A stretch of DNA of 64,000 nt from Chlamydiota bacterium (GTDB lineage Bacteria > Chlamydiota > Chlamydiia > Chlamydiales > Rhabdochlamydiaceae), in the NCBI GenBank assembly GCA_003228815.1, contig QIGB01000011.1, positions 174 to 64,173 on the forward strand, given 5' to 3'. Under the pieces are notes generated by a model. That model was given only the letters and a program-made list of their open reading frames with translations, was not told where the DNA came from and did no database searches. The position numbers and the translations under genes were made by a program. Shown piece after piece: positions 1 to 9,094 of the stretch; positions within the stretch are counted from its first letter, which is position 1; each line of letters opens with the position of its first letter.

Positions 1-26
1 GTTCAGCAGCTCTTGCCGCAACTTTT

Positions 27-1328
27 GTGCTCTTTCCAGTCGCTGATGTGGTTGTAGTCTCTGCAATAGGAATATTTGGAGGCTTTTCTATCCTGATATC
101 TACAATGAGTTGGCTTTTTCTCAACTATGTCACTTGCGCCAAACATGACATTTCCCAACATTATTACCGTGAAGCTGAATGCATAGGTGGACGGTTGTAT
201 TATCGCGGCCATATCCCCATTCTTGAACTCGGCCCCGAAAATCCTGGCTGGGCACATGGCTATCTTTTGGGCTCTCATATTTTTCAATTAAGAAAAAATT
301 TGAATCTCGCCATCCATGGCATCCTCATGCAACCACGCGCCAATAAATTGTCGAAGACCCTTCATGAAATACGCCAACACATTCCGCATTCATATCAGAA
401 AGAAATGCAAGAACTTGCTGAAGGCTATAATTGCTGGGCAAAAGAAGCTGGCGTATCAACGTCGATGACTTCAGATGATGTGTTATTGATGCATCTCATC
501 GCTGATTCAAAACACTTTCATCCTAAAACAATAGAAAATACACTCGTAAGCGCCCCTTCCAAAGAGGGAGGGCTACTCGATGCTGTAGCTTGTACTTCCC
601 TTCTGCATCGAGACTCTAAAAATGGGATGCTCTTTGCAAGAAATATGGATTGGTGCCCATTCGGACAAGGAGGAGCTGCGAGCCTCGTTATAGTTTGGAA
701 AGAACAAGGTGTCGCTGCTCTAGGAGTTCCAGGAATGATTGGAGCGGTTACAGGGTGGAATCGCAGTCGGCTCACTGGTGCTATGAATGTCTGTCCAGGA
801 ACAACCAAAAGCATCCGCGGGATGCCTTCTATGTTGTTTAACCGCCACATTCTTGAGTCTTCGGATACAGTAGGAGATGTTAAAAGGCTGATCGAGAAAG
901 TCAGACCGCTTGGGCCTTATCATTTGACTATTGCTGATAAGCAAGGGGATGGAAGCTGCATCTCATTTTATCAAGATGAACAAGAAAAAGATCACATTCG
1001 ACATGCACGTAAAGAGGCAGAAAAACCTCTCCTAGTGGTTAATTGGAGATATCCTGAATGCAAAGGCGGCTCATTTAGCAGCGCAGGAAGGACTCAGCTT
1101 CTCACTCGATATTTTGAGCAAGCATCCAAAACCATTTCCCACGAAGAACTTGATTGGCGGGCATTGATGGCAAATGCCTTGAAACTAACACCTCTTGTCA
1201 ATTCATGGATCACCATGCACAGTTTGCTATTTGCCCCAGAAAAAGATGAAGTCTCGATGAGCTGGGATAATGGCTATGCTGCATCGATGCCAAAAGAGCA
1301 CATTTCAATGAGTGAAGTTTTCGTTTAA
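27..1328 (+). CDS. Peptidase C45 / acyl-CoA:6-aminopenicillanic-acid acyltransferase-like Ntn hydrolase with an N-terminal hydrophobic segment; the true 5' end may lie upstream of the window
   Basis: 433-aa ORF. Blocks AVACTSLL (candidate autoprocessing Cys), FARNMDW, GMIGAVTGWN, PSMLFNRHILE and YHLTIADKQGD fit the C45 family pattern as I recall it. N-terminal VVVVSAIGIFGGFSILISTM looks like a TM helix. Confidence 0.55.
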   Translation: MLFPVADVVVVSAIGIFGGFSILISTMSWLFLNYVTCAKHDISQHYYREAECIGGRLYYRGHIPILELGPENPGWAHGYLLGSHIFQLRKNLNLAIHGILMQPRANKLSKTLHEIRQHIPHSYQKEMQELAEGYNCWAKEAGVSTSMTSDDVLLMHLIADSKHFHPKTIENTLVSAPSKEGGLLDAVACTSLLHRDSKNGMLFARNMDWCPFGQGGAASLVIVWKEQGVAALGVPGMIGAVTGWNRSRLTGAMNVCPGTTKSIRGMPSMLFNRHILESSDTVGDVKRLIEKVRPLGPYHLTIADKQGDGSCISFYQDEQEKDHIRHARKEAEKPLLVVNWRYPECKGGSFSSAGRTQLLTRYFEQASKTISHEELDWRALMANALKLTPLVNSWITMHSLLFAPEKDEVSMSWDNGYAASMPKEHISMSEVFV

Positions 1329-1346
1329 AATTTTTATTGTGAAGAA

Positions 1347-1420
1347 TAGCGGTAGTCGGACTTGAACCAACGACCTTCGGATTATGATTCCGCTGCTCTA
1401 ACCAACTGAGCTATACCGCC
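1347..1420 (-). tRNA. tRNA-Met (CAU), elongator type; a lysidine-modified tRNA-Ile2 cannot be excluded
   Basis: Reverse complement reads GGCGGTA-TA-GCTC..GAGC, anticodon loop ATCATAA (CAT), T arm GTTGG-TTCAAGT-CCGAC, acceptor TACCGCT. Cloverleaf folds by hand; no encoded CCA. Confidence 0.8.
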
Positions 1421-1475
1421 AAAGAAACTGTACCTAGTGAATCTTGTATCGTATTTTTTGGCAATGGAGATCGAT

Positions 1476-1548
1476 TAGCGGGGAGAGGATTCGAACCTCT
1501 GACCTTTGGGTTATGAGCCCAACGAGCTAACCACTGCTCCACCCCGCG
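1476..1548 (-). tRNA. Initiator tRNA-fMet (CAU)
   Basis: Reverse complement starts CGCGGGGTGGAGCAG. The anticodon arm TTGGG-CTCATAA-CCCAA has the three G:C pairs typical of initiators. Position 1:72 is unpaired (C1 vs U72). Near-identical in layout to E. coli tRNA-fMet; no encoded CCA. Confidence 0.85.
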
Positions 1549-1584
1549 ATAAAGTTAAGAGGTAAGGATAATCTAGAAGGTCTT

Positions 1585-1748
1585 TATACTCAAACAAAAT
1601 GAAAAATTGGTTTTTGACCGTATCGGTTTACCTTTCGCTTTTTCATCTACTCCTCGCTCCGTGTCCATGAACACTGCAGCTCGTCATATCTGAGAAAGCG
1701 AAGGAACCTCTTTGTCAAATTCCCAATTTTTCATTTTGTTTGAGTATA
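1585..1748. repeat. MITE-like hairpin element, family A copy 1 (164 bp)
   Basis: Perfect 26-bp terminal inverted repeat TATACTCAAACAAAATGAAAAATTGG (1585-1610 vs 1723-1748). About 80 percent identical by eye to the copy at 27004-27166. The right arm encodes the last 5 codons and the stop of waaA. Confidence 0.85.
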
Positions 1749-2921
1749 GCTCAAGAGATAAGGTTGTAAAGCTTCCCAGGTCGCTTCAAGTGGCTGAGAA
1801 CCACGAGCTGCAAGATCGGAGGCATTTTGCGCAAGGATTAAGGCTTTAGGGATTGCCTTTGAAAGGTCCTGATGAGGAGTTTGGATGCCTGCTTGGGCAT
1901 TGAGGACGAGATCCACAAGTTCTTTTTGAGTCTCCATATGGGGACCAAAAAGGACGGGAATTCCTGCTTGGATCGGTTCAAATATGTTGTGCCCACCCGT
2001 GCCGGGAAGGAAACTCCCCCCGACGATGGCAAGATCACTAAGTTGATAACAAATGTGGAGAATGCCCATTTGATCCACTAGTTGAACATTGGGATAGGGA
2101 TGTTTTTCGAGGAATTTTTTCACTTGGGCGAAACGCTCAGGTCGACGAGGGGCAAGGAGTACTTTGGCATCCTGAATATGAGGGAGAAGTATCTCTTCCT
2201 CCCCTTCATGCGTCGAACCGATGGTGATCACTCGATCTGTTGGAAGCAGGCCAAAATGATCTCGCCAAGTTTGCATCTCTTTTGGGGTGAGTTTTTGAGA
2301 AGGTATGGAGAGTTTGAGATTCCCCGTAATGGTGATTTTTTCTGGAGGTATATAGAGGGATTGAAAACGGGTTGCATATTCGGTGTTTTGGATACATAGT
2401 CGATCGATTTGAGCAAAGATACGTTTGGAAAATGATGGAAATTTGGCAAAACGAGCAGAAGAACGGGCGGAGATTTTTCCATTGAGAAGAACGACTTTGC
2501 CTTTTTGCTTTTTTACCTCGGAAATCAGGTTCAGCCAAAAATCACTCTCTGAAAGAAGTAAGAGATCGGGTTTGAGGCGAAAAACAAGTCGTCGCATGAT
2601 CCACGACAAATCGAGAGGGAGAAAGAAGTAGCCATCTGCATTTGGAAGGCTCCGTTTGGCTTCATTGTGTCCTGTTTTAGTGGTTGATGAGAGGAAGAAT
2701 GCGGCCGTTGGGTATTTCGTGCGAAGCCTTTCATAAATGGGGATCATCGCTTTTGTCTCCCCTACTGAGACCATGTGGATCCAAATGGAGGGAGTTTTGC
2801 TGGAAGGCTTGGGAAGTTGAAAGCCAAATCGTTGCAGACGGCTTCCCCGGTACTTTTTTTGGATGAGCCATTTGGGAATACAGTAAATAGCTCCAAGTAG
2901 AAGGCAAAAATCGTACAACAT
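1731..2921 (-). CDS. waaA: 3-deoxy-D-manno-octulosonic acid (Kdo) transferase
   Basis: 396-aa ORF. Has the HMVSVGE motif and C-terminal glycosyltransferase blocks (GGSF..GGHN..EP) typical of KdtA/WaaA/GseA. Its ATG directly follows the leuS stop (TAAATG). Confidence 0.85.
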   Translation of the reverse strand: MLYDFCLLLGAIYCIPKWLIQKKYRGSRLQRFGFQLPKPSSKTPSIWIHMVSVGETKAMIPIYERLRTKYPTAAFFLSSTTKTGHNEAKRSLPNADGYFFLPLDLSWIMRRLVFRLKPDLLLLSESDFWLNLISEVKKQKGKVVLLNGKISARSSARFAKFPSFSKRIFAQIDRLCIQNTEYATRFQSLYIPPEKITITGNLKLSIPSQKLTPKEMQTWRDHFGLLPTDRVITIGSTHEGEEEILLPHIQDAKVLLAPRRPERFAQVKKFLEKHPYPNVQLVDQMGILHICYQLSDLAIVGGSFLPGTGGHNIFEPIQAGIPVLFGPHMETQKELVDLVLNAQAGIQTPHQDLSKAIPKALILAQNASDLAARGSQPLEATWEALQPYLLSYTQTK

Positions 2922-5495
2922 TTAGGACTTCACAACGATGTTGAGCAATTTGTTGGGAACAAAGATCACTTTTTTGATTTCTCCTTCTAAATGTTTGGCA
3001 ATTTTGGGTTCTGCTTTTGCAAGAGAAAGGAGCTCTTCTTGGCTCTTGTCTTTGGGCAATTCCCAACTTCCTCGCAATTTTCCATTCACTTGAATCACAT
3101 AGGTTGTGCTCGTGTCGACAAGATATGTGGTGTCGACTTTGGGAAATGACATGTGGGTGAGGCTCTCAGTCTCTCCAAGATGTTCCCAAGCTTCTTCGGC
3201 CAAATGGGGTGCAAAAGGATAGAGAGCTTGGGTTGCCATTTTCTGCACACTTTTTGGATATGCTGGAAGAGATGTGAACGCATTCATAAATTCCATCATT
3301 TTTGCAATCGCTGTATTGAAATGCAGACCCTCGATATCTTTTTCAACGCCATGAATCAAGCGATGGCCTAATTTCAGAGCTTCTTCACTTTCTTCTTCGG
3401 TCGCTTTCTCGGAAAAGATCATTTCATAAAAACGGTTGAGAAAGCGTCGGCAGCCATGAATGGCATCGCTATTCCAGAGTTTTTCTTTTTCAAAGGGGGC
3501 CATGAACATCTCATAAAGGCGCAGAGAATCAGCTCCATAATCTTCGACGATTTCATCAGGAGTGACTCCATTGAGCTTTGATTTCGACATTTTTTCGATT
3601 TGCATGTGCACTTTTTGGCCTGTTCCCATTTGAAAGTAGGCGCCATCCTTTTCTTCTACTTCTTCTGCAGGAACATAGCCTCCCCGAGGAAGTTTATAGG
3701 ATCTTGCAGTGACAAGGCCTTGATTGCGCAAAGTTTGGAAGGGCTCAGTGGTCGAGACGAGACCGCAATCATGAAGAACTTTATGCCAGAAACGCGCATA
3801 GAGAAGGTGAAGAACAGCATGTTCTACTCCCCCTACGTACATGTCGATGGGCAACCAGTATTTTTCCTTTTCTGCATCCCAAGCTTCCTTGTCATTGTGT
3901 GGATCGAGAAAGCGTAAGTAATACCAGCACGATCCAGCCCATTGGGGCATGGTGTTGACTTCTCTTTTTGCTGATTTCCCCGTTTTGGGATCGGTGATAT
4001 TGACCCAATCTGGCACACGTGCAAGCGGGCTATCTCCGTTTTCTGTTGGCTTGAAGTCGATCAGTTCGGGAGGGCAAAGAGGGAGTTCACTCTGATCTAG
4101 AACCCGCTTCGTTCCATCTTCAAAATGGAGGATGGGAAAAGGCTCTCCCCAATAGCGTTGCCGAGAAAAAAGCCAATCGCGGAGCTTATATGTGATTGTC
4201 CGCTCGCCATTGCCCGTTTTTTCCAGCCAATCAGACATTTTTTCCTTGGCGACTTCGAAGGTATCGTTATTGATATCGAGCTCATCATTTTTACTGTTGC
4301 AGATCACGCCAGATGCCATCCACCATTTTTTCCCTGCAAGAACATCTCTTCGGACGGTTTCGGGAGTTTGTCCTTCTGGAATGAGATCGGGATTGTTTTC
4401 AACATCTGGGTCGACGATCGGAAGGACGGGCAGGTCAAAAATATTGACAAATTCAAAGTCCCTTTCGTCTCCGCTGGGAACACCCATCACAGCCCCTGTT
4501 CCATAGCCCATGAGGACATAATCAGCGACCCATATGGGAACTTGTTGTTGATTGGCAGGATTGATCACATAGCCTCCTGTCCAAACTCCCGTCTTTTCTT
4601 TTGCAAGATCGGTCCTCTGTAGATCGCTTTTTCCAGCCGCTTTTTTCTTGTAATCGTCTACAAGGGCTTTTTGCTCTGTTGTCGTCACCTGGTCAACGAG
4701 AGGATGTTCTGGAGAGAGGACAAGAAAGGTAGTCCCAAAAAGGGTATCGTGGCGAGTTGTGAAGACAGTGATTTTTTCCTGAGAACCGACGATAGAAAAA
4801 TGGATTTTGGCTCCTTTGCTCTTTCCAATCCAATTTCTCTGGAGACGCTTGAGATGGTCCGGCCAGTTGAGAAGGTCAAGATCATCGAGGAGTTGTTCTG
4901 CATAGGCGGTGATCTTGAGGACCCACTGACGTAAGGGGCGCCGCTCAACGGGATAGCCTCCCTCTTTAGAGACTCCTTCTTCGACCTCTTCATTTGCGAG
5001 AACAGTTCCGAGCGCAGGGCAATAATTCACAAGCATTTCCGCTTCATAGGCAAGCCCCTTTTCATAGAGCTTGGTAAAAATCCACTGGGTCCACTTGAAG
5101 TATTTGGGATCGCTAGTGGCCATTTCGCGGTTCCAATCGTAGCTGAGGCCTAAGGATTTGAGCTGTCGTCGGTAGGTAGCGATGTTTTTCTTCGTTGTGA
5201 CTTCTGGGTGGGTCCCTGTTCGGATCGCATACTGCTCAGCAGGGAGGCCAAAACTATCCCAGCCCATGGGATGGAGGACATTATACCCCTTCTGTCTCTT
5301 GTAACGCGCGAGAATATCCGTAGCTGTATATCCCGTCACATGGCCCACATGAAGGCCTGCCCCAGAGGGGTAGGGAAACATATCGAGGATGTAGTATTTT
5401 GGTTTCGCATGATCCACTTCGCATTTGAACATCTGGCGATCTTCCCAAATCTTTTGCCATTTTTGTTCAATCCGCTGGTGATCGTATTTACTCAT
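2922..5495 (-). CDS. leuS: Leucyl-tRNA synthetase
   Basis: Has class I HIGH-type (HVGH) and KMSKS motifs plus many LeuS-specific blocks. Start set at the ATG giving MSKYDHQRIEQKWQ, with GGAG 8 nt upstream; the ORF-track start at 5552 is an upstream extension. Confidence 0.95.
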   Translation of the reverse strand: MSKYDHQRIEQKWQKIWEDRQMFKCEVDHAKPKYYILDMFPYPSGAGLHVGHVTGYTATDILARYKRQKGYNVLHPMGWDSFGLPAEQYAIRTGTHPEVTTKKNIATYRRQLKSLGLSYDWNREMATSDPKYFKWTQWIFTKLYEKGLAYEAEMLVNYCPALGTVLANEEVEEGVSKEGGYPVERRPLRQWVLKITAYAEQLLDDLDLLNWPDHLKRLQRNWIGKSKGAKIHFSIVGSQEKITVFTTRHDTLFGTTFLVLSPEHPLVDQVTTTEQKALVDDYKKKAAGKSDLQRTDLAKEKTGVWTGGYVINPANQQQVPIWVADYVLMGYGTGAVMGVPSGDERDFEFVNIFDLPVLPIVDPDVENNPDLIPEGQTPETVRRDVLAGKKWWMASGVICNSKNDELDINNDTFEVAKEKMSDWLEKTGNGERTITYKLRDWLFSRQRYWGEPFPILHFEDGTKRVLDQSELPLCPPELIDFKPTENGDSPLARVPDWVNITDPKTGKSAKREVNTMPQWAGSCWYYLRFLDPHNDKEAWDAEKEKYWLPIDMYVGGVEHAVLHLLYARFWHKVLHDCGLVSTTEPFQTLRNQGLVTARSYKLPRGGYVPAEEVEEKDGAYFQMGTGQKVHMQIEKMSKSKLNGVTPDEIVEDYGADSLRLYEMFMAPFEKEKLWNSDAIHGCRRFLNRFYEMIFSEKATEEESEEALKLGHRLIHGVEKDIEGLHFNTAIAKMMEFMNAFTSLPAYPKSVQKMATQALYPFAPHLAEEAWEHLGETESLTHMSFPKVDTTYLVDTSTTYVIQVNGKLRGSWELPKDKSQEELLSLAKAEPKIAKHLEGEIKKVIFVPNKLLNIVVKS

Positions 5496-5552
5496 ATTCA
5501 TAACTCCAAAAACCGATTTCAATCTAACTCGATCAAGTTTAACCCATTCCAT

Positions 5553-5594
5553 AGATATAAGCTAGGGGCCCTTAGATATAAGCTAGGGGCCCTT
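5553..5594. repeat. Perfect tandem duplication of a 21-bp unit (AGATATAAGCTAGGGGCCCTT x2) in the leuS / 5673-CDS divergent intergenic region
   Basis: Direct reading: 5553-5573 is identical to 5574-5594. Each unit carries the palindrome GGGGCCC. Confidence 0.9.
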
Positions 5595-5672
5595 GTCAAA
5601 AAATACTTCAAGACATATAGTAATAAACTAGGCAAGAAAAAATTTTCTAGAAATTGATTTTCAAAGGATATT

Positions 5673-7058
5673 ATGGCTGAAATTGCAACATTTCGAAAAA
5701 ACAAGATTGAATTAACGGAATATGACTGCTCTAAAGACATTCATAACCGTGTTTTGATGGCAAAATTTTCTCCATTAGATGTCGAAATTCTCGAGGAAAT
5801 CCTCTATAGCTCTCTCCGCATACCTGTTTCTGTCCTTCAGAAGAATCTCGATATTGAGGAAACAGCCCTTTCCCCTACTTTGGATCGCCTCACGAAAACG
5901 GGGCTATTTAAGGTAGTCGCCGATCACGTTCTCGTCGATAAAGAAATGCGCAAATACTACGAATTGCAGATTCTTAAATTCGAAGAAGATTTTAAACCGG
6001 GAATGGAATATCTGCAGGGATTGCTTCGCAAAGTCCCTATTCACGTTCTCCCCAATTGGTATTCTATTTCTCGTACTTCCAATAACATCTTTGAATCCAT
6101 CGTCGAAAAACATCTGGCAACACCCCTGATTTTTCAGCGATATCTGATGGAACTGAATCTTTCAGATCCAGTGCAAAAAGGGATACTCAACGCCGTCTAT
6201 CAATCCCCCAATTATGAAGTCGATGCTGCGGATATGATCAAAAAGTTTGATCTTTCGCAAGCAGAGTTTGAAGAGCATATGCTCTTTCTCGAATTTAGTT
6301 TCGCCTGTTGCATCAAATTTGCGAGAGAAAAGAAAAGTTTTAAGCAGATCATTTCTCCTTTTCATGAATGGCAAGAATATCTCTGCCATGTACGCGACAC
6401 AGAGCCTGCTTCGATCATCGATGAAGAAAAAGTCCAGCGGGTGAAAGAGAATGATTTTGCCCTCGTTGAAGAAATGAGCGCCATCCTTGAGCTTGCGAAA
6501 AATAAACCCATTACGAAAGCCATTATCCCCTCTTTGCTAAAACAATATCCAGAATTTGATGAAGAAGAATTTTCCTACTACGTTGAGAAGCTTTGCGCCC
6601 TCAATTTAGCCGATCAAGAAAGACAGCAAACAGTGTGTACAAGTGACTCGCTCGCATGGCTCAAAATGGATTTGACCGATCGCGCACTTTACCTCTATCG
6701 CCACCCCCTAAATTACCTCGAAGATCCCGATCTTCCTGAAGAACTTTGCCAACACCGGATGCTGCGAGAAGCAGAAAAATGTTTGAGTCGCACTGTCAAT
6801 ACGGGTTGGGTTTTTCTTGATGACTTTATCAAAGCCATTTTCATTCCTCTGAAAGAAGAACATATGATCAAATTGGTTCGCCAAGGCAGAACATGGAAAT
6901 ATCAGCTTCCAGAGTATTCTGAAAAGGAAATCTCCTTTTTTAAAGCTGTGATTCAAAATTGGCTTTTTGAGTTGGGTATCACAGCTCTTGGCACGGTAGC
7001 GGGGCGCGAATGTTTTACCCTAACCCCCTTTGGCCAGGGACTGTTTGGCGATGACTAA
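5673..7058 (+). CDS. Conserved hypothetical protein (461 aa), possibly with winged-helix-like repeats
   Basis: Long uninterrupted ORF with protein-like composition, and its stop overlaps the smpB start by 8 nt. I do not recognise a family. Confidence 0.6.
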   Translation: MAEIATFRKNKIELTEYDCSKDIHNRVLMAKFSPLDVEILEEILYSSLRIPVSVLQKNLDIEETALSPTLDRLTKTGLFKVVADHVLVDKEMRKYYELQILKFEEDFKPGMEYLQGLLRKVPIHVLPNWYSISRTSNNIFESIVEKHLATPLIFQRYLMELNLSDPVQKGILNAVYQSPNYEVDAADMIKKFDLSQAEFEEHMLFLEFSFACCIKFAREKKSFKQIISPFHEWQEYLCHVRDTEPASIIDEEKVQRVKENDFALVEEMSAILELAKNKPITKAIIPSLLKQYPEFDEEEFSYYVEKLCALNLADQERQQTVCTSDSLAWLKMDLTDRALYLYRHPLNYLEDPDLPEELCQHRMLREAEKCLSRTVNTGWVFLDDFIKAIFIPLKEEHMIKLVRQGRTWKYQLPEYSEKEISFFKAVIQNWLFELGITALGTVAGRECFTLTPFGQGLFGDD

Positions 7059-7509
7059 ACACAAAGATCTCGTATCCAATCGCAAAGCATTCCACGATTA
7101 TGAGATTCTCGATACCTTTGAGGCCGGCATTTCCTTGATGGGCTCGGAAGTGAAATCACTGCGGGCTAATCAAGGGAGTTTGCAAGATGCCTATGTGCTC
7201 ATCTCCGATCACGATGTCATCCTCAAAAATGCTTCTATTGCTCCCTACTCACAAGCAGCCATGTTTGGCCATGAGGAGAGACGCGCTCGAAAGCTTCTTT
7301 TGCATAAACGAGAAATCGACAAACTTCTCAAAGCAACGCAAGATAAAGGGATTGCTCTGATTCCCCTCGCAATTTATACCAAGGGTGGCTTCATCAAAGT
7401 CAAAATTGGTGTTGCCCGTGGAAAAAGGGCCTACGACAAGCGCGCTGCAATCAAAGAAAAAGAACAGAAGCGGGCAATAGACAGAGCCATGAAGCAATTT
7501 AACCCGTAA
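7051..7509 (+). CDS. smpB: SsrA-binding protein SmpB
   Basis: NRKAFHDYEILDTFEAGISLMGSEVKSLR and the basic C-terminal tail are the classic SmpB signature. Start set at ATG 7051; the track start at 7030 is a TTG extension. Confidence 0.9.
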   Translation: MTKHKDLVSNRKAFHDYEILDTFEAGISLMGSEVKSLRANQGSLQDAYVLISDHDVILKNASIAPYSQAAMFGHEERRARKLLLHKREIDKLLKATQDKGIALIPLAIYTKGGFIKVKIGVARGKRAYDKRAAIKEKEQKRAIDRAMKQFNP

Positions 7510-7532
7510 CTGCTACCTTATCCCCGCATAAG

Positions 7533-7632
7533 AAGTTCTTTTAAGAATGCAGTTTTGGGGATGAGCGGCGAATGCAACTCCAAAGAGTTGGATGAGCCGA
7601 GAAGCTCCAAAGATGCGCTCTTAAAAGAACTT
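7533..7632. repeat. Short palindromic element (about 100 bp) downstream of smpB
   Basis: 14-bp inverted repeat AAGTTCTTTTAAGA (7533-7546) vs TCTTAAAAGAACTT (7619-7632). The interior resembles the interiors of the longer hairpin elements. Confidence 0.4.
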
Positions 7633-7888
7633 ATTGGAGGGCTAAATGGTTTTTTATGAGAGTTTGGTTCATCTATGGAAAGGACAAAATATTTTGATTT
7701 TTCACAATAGCTTCAGGCAATCTTTCACATCTTTTCCTTCCCAGATATCTACTGATATCTGCCCAGAAAAATTTGCAAAATCTTACCTAAATCTAATATG
7801 GAAAATCAAAAGATAAGGTGGCAGTCACGGGTTTAAGTAAAATCTCTAGAAAGATTCAAAAAGAATGCTCTCAGATCATGAAACGTCA

Positions 7889-7917
7889 TTGACGAAAGGG
7901 AACTTTTTCGCTATGTT
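7889..7917 (+). promoter_or_regulatory. Candidate sigma70-type promoter for dnaN
   Basis: TTGACG (7889-7894), 17-nt spacer, TATGTT (7912-7917), 25 nt upstream of the dnaN ATG. Confidence 0.35.
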
Positions 7918-7941
7918 AAGACCTTACAAGCGAGGTAAGCA

Positions 7942-9042
7942 ATGAAAGTACAACTGAAGCGTTTTGATTTTGCGAAACTAATCGGCAAAATTCAAAGTAT
8001 TGTCCCTACAAAACCATCGATCCCAATTTTAGCCAATGTCCTTCTCGAAGCTGATAATGGACAAATCATCATCAGCGCAACCGATCTAACAGTAAGTATG
8101 CGCGTTTTTGGTGAGGCAAACGTGACAAAATCTGGTGCAATAACTCTTCCTGCTCGCCGCCTATTTCAACTTACGCGTGAGTTGACTACTCCAGACATTG
8201 AAATTGAAATGACATCACCTGAGGTGGCTGAAGTCCGCTCAGGAACTTCTGATTTCCGCATTCAGGGAATGCACAAGAGCGAATTCCCCGCACTTTCCGA
8301 CCTCTCTGAAGGCTATCAACTCCTCTTCAAATCAGAAATGCTCAAAGATATGCTCATACGCACAGCTTTTGCCGCTGCAAAAGATGATTCGCGCCAAGTT
8401 CTCAATGGAATTCTCATGCAGAAGGCCAGTTCTCTCGCCACTTTTGTCGGAACAGATGGAAAGCGTCTAGCCCGCAATCAAATGGATGTCGAAACCGATT
8501 CTCAGGATGCCGGTTCGTACATCATTCCTCTTAAAGCGGTCGATGAAGTAGTCAAACTGCTCGATGAAAAAGATGAAGATGCCAAGCTCATCCTCATGCC
8601 AGAGAAAATCGCCATCGAAGTATCAGGCTGCCTTTTGATCACAAAACTCCTGTCTGGCCAATATCCAGAAGTCTCTCGTGTGGTCCCGCAAAAATCTGAA
8701 AGCACCATCACCTTGCATCGCGATGAACTGATTGCTTTATTGCGTCAAGTGGCTCTATTTACGTCTGAAGGGAGCAATTCCGTCCAGTTTACATTCTCTG
8801 ATGGAGCACTGCAACTGACAGCAACTTCGGGTGAGATTGGAGAGGGAAAAGTAAGCATGCCGGTCAATTACAGCGGCCCCAAGCTCGAGATTGCCTTCAA
8901 TCCTCACTATTTCTTGGATATTTTACGGCATTGCAAGGATGAAACCGTGCAATTTGATGTTTCAGATTCCTACAATCCAGGCCTCATCACAGACTCGTCC
9001 AAGGCCGAGTTCGTCATCATGCCTATGCGGCTCGAGGCTTGA
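7942..9042 (+). CDS. dnaN: DNA polymerase III beta sliding clamp
   Basis: 366 aa. Typical DnaN start (MKVQLKRFDF..IVPTKPSIPILANVLLEA) and a three-domain length. Confidence 0.9.
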   Translation: MKVQLKRFDFAKLIGKIQSIVPTKPSIPILANVLLEADNGQIIISATDLTVSMRVFGEANVTKSGAITLPARRLFQLTRELTTPDIEIEMTSPEVAEVRSGTSDFRIQGMHKSEFPALSDLSEGYQLLFKSEMLKDMLIRTAFAAAKDDSRQVLNGILMQKASSLATFVGTDGKRLARNQMDVETDSQDAGSYIIPLKAVDEVVKLLDEKDEDAKLILMPEKIAIEVSGCLLITKLLSGQYPEVSRVVPQKSESTITLHRDELIALLRQVALFTSEGSNSVQFTFSDGALQLTATSGEIGEGKVSMPVNYSGPKLEIAFNPHYFLDILRHCKDETVQFDVSDSYNPGLITDSSKAEFVIMPMRLEA

Positions 9043-9067
9043 ATAAAATAAATTTTTCATCCATACT
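9039..9067 (+). promoter_or_regulatory. Candidate promoter of OTU paralogue 1
   Basis: TTGAAT, 17-nt spacer, CATACT. The ATCCATACTGC block (9059-9069) is repeated upstream of paralogue 2. Confidence 0.35.
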
Positions 9068-9094
9068 GCTTACCATTTCTTCATGGGAGCATGT

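Noticed and set aside
5553-5594. Possible CRISPR array
   Set aside because: There are only two directly abutting 21-bp copies with no spacers, and no cas genes anywhere in the window.
2922-5657. Numerous 60-165-aa ORFs on both strands inside leuS (for example 4125-4622, 5208-5657, 4685-4993), with similar ones inside waaA, pgi, glmS, opp, pkn1 and the YyaL gene
   Set aside because: They lie entirely inside long genes with clear family signatures. They have low-complexity or odd composition and no start signals. They are typical shadow ORFs.
7640-7941. Possible replication origin or ncRNA upstream of dnaN
   Set aside because: The 300-bp AT-rich gap has no TTATCCACA-like DnaA boxes that I could find, and dnaA is not adjacent. 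It contains only a small palindrome (CAGATATC-TACT-GATATCTG at about 7744-7763) and a promoter-like site. I saw no SRP, tmRNA or RNase P signatures.
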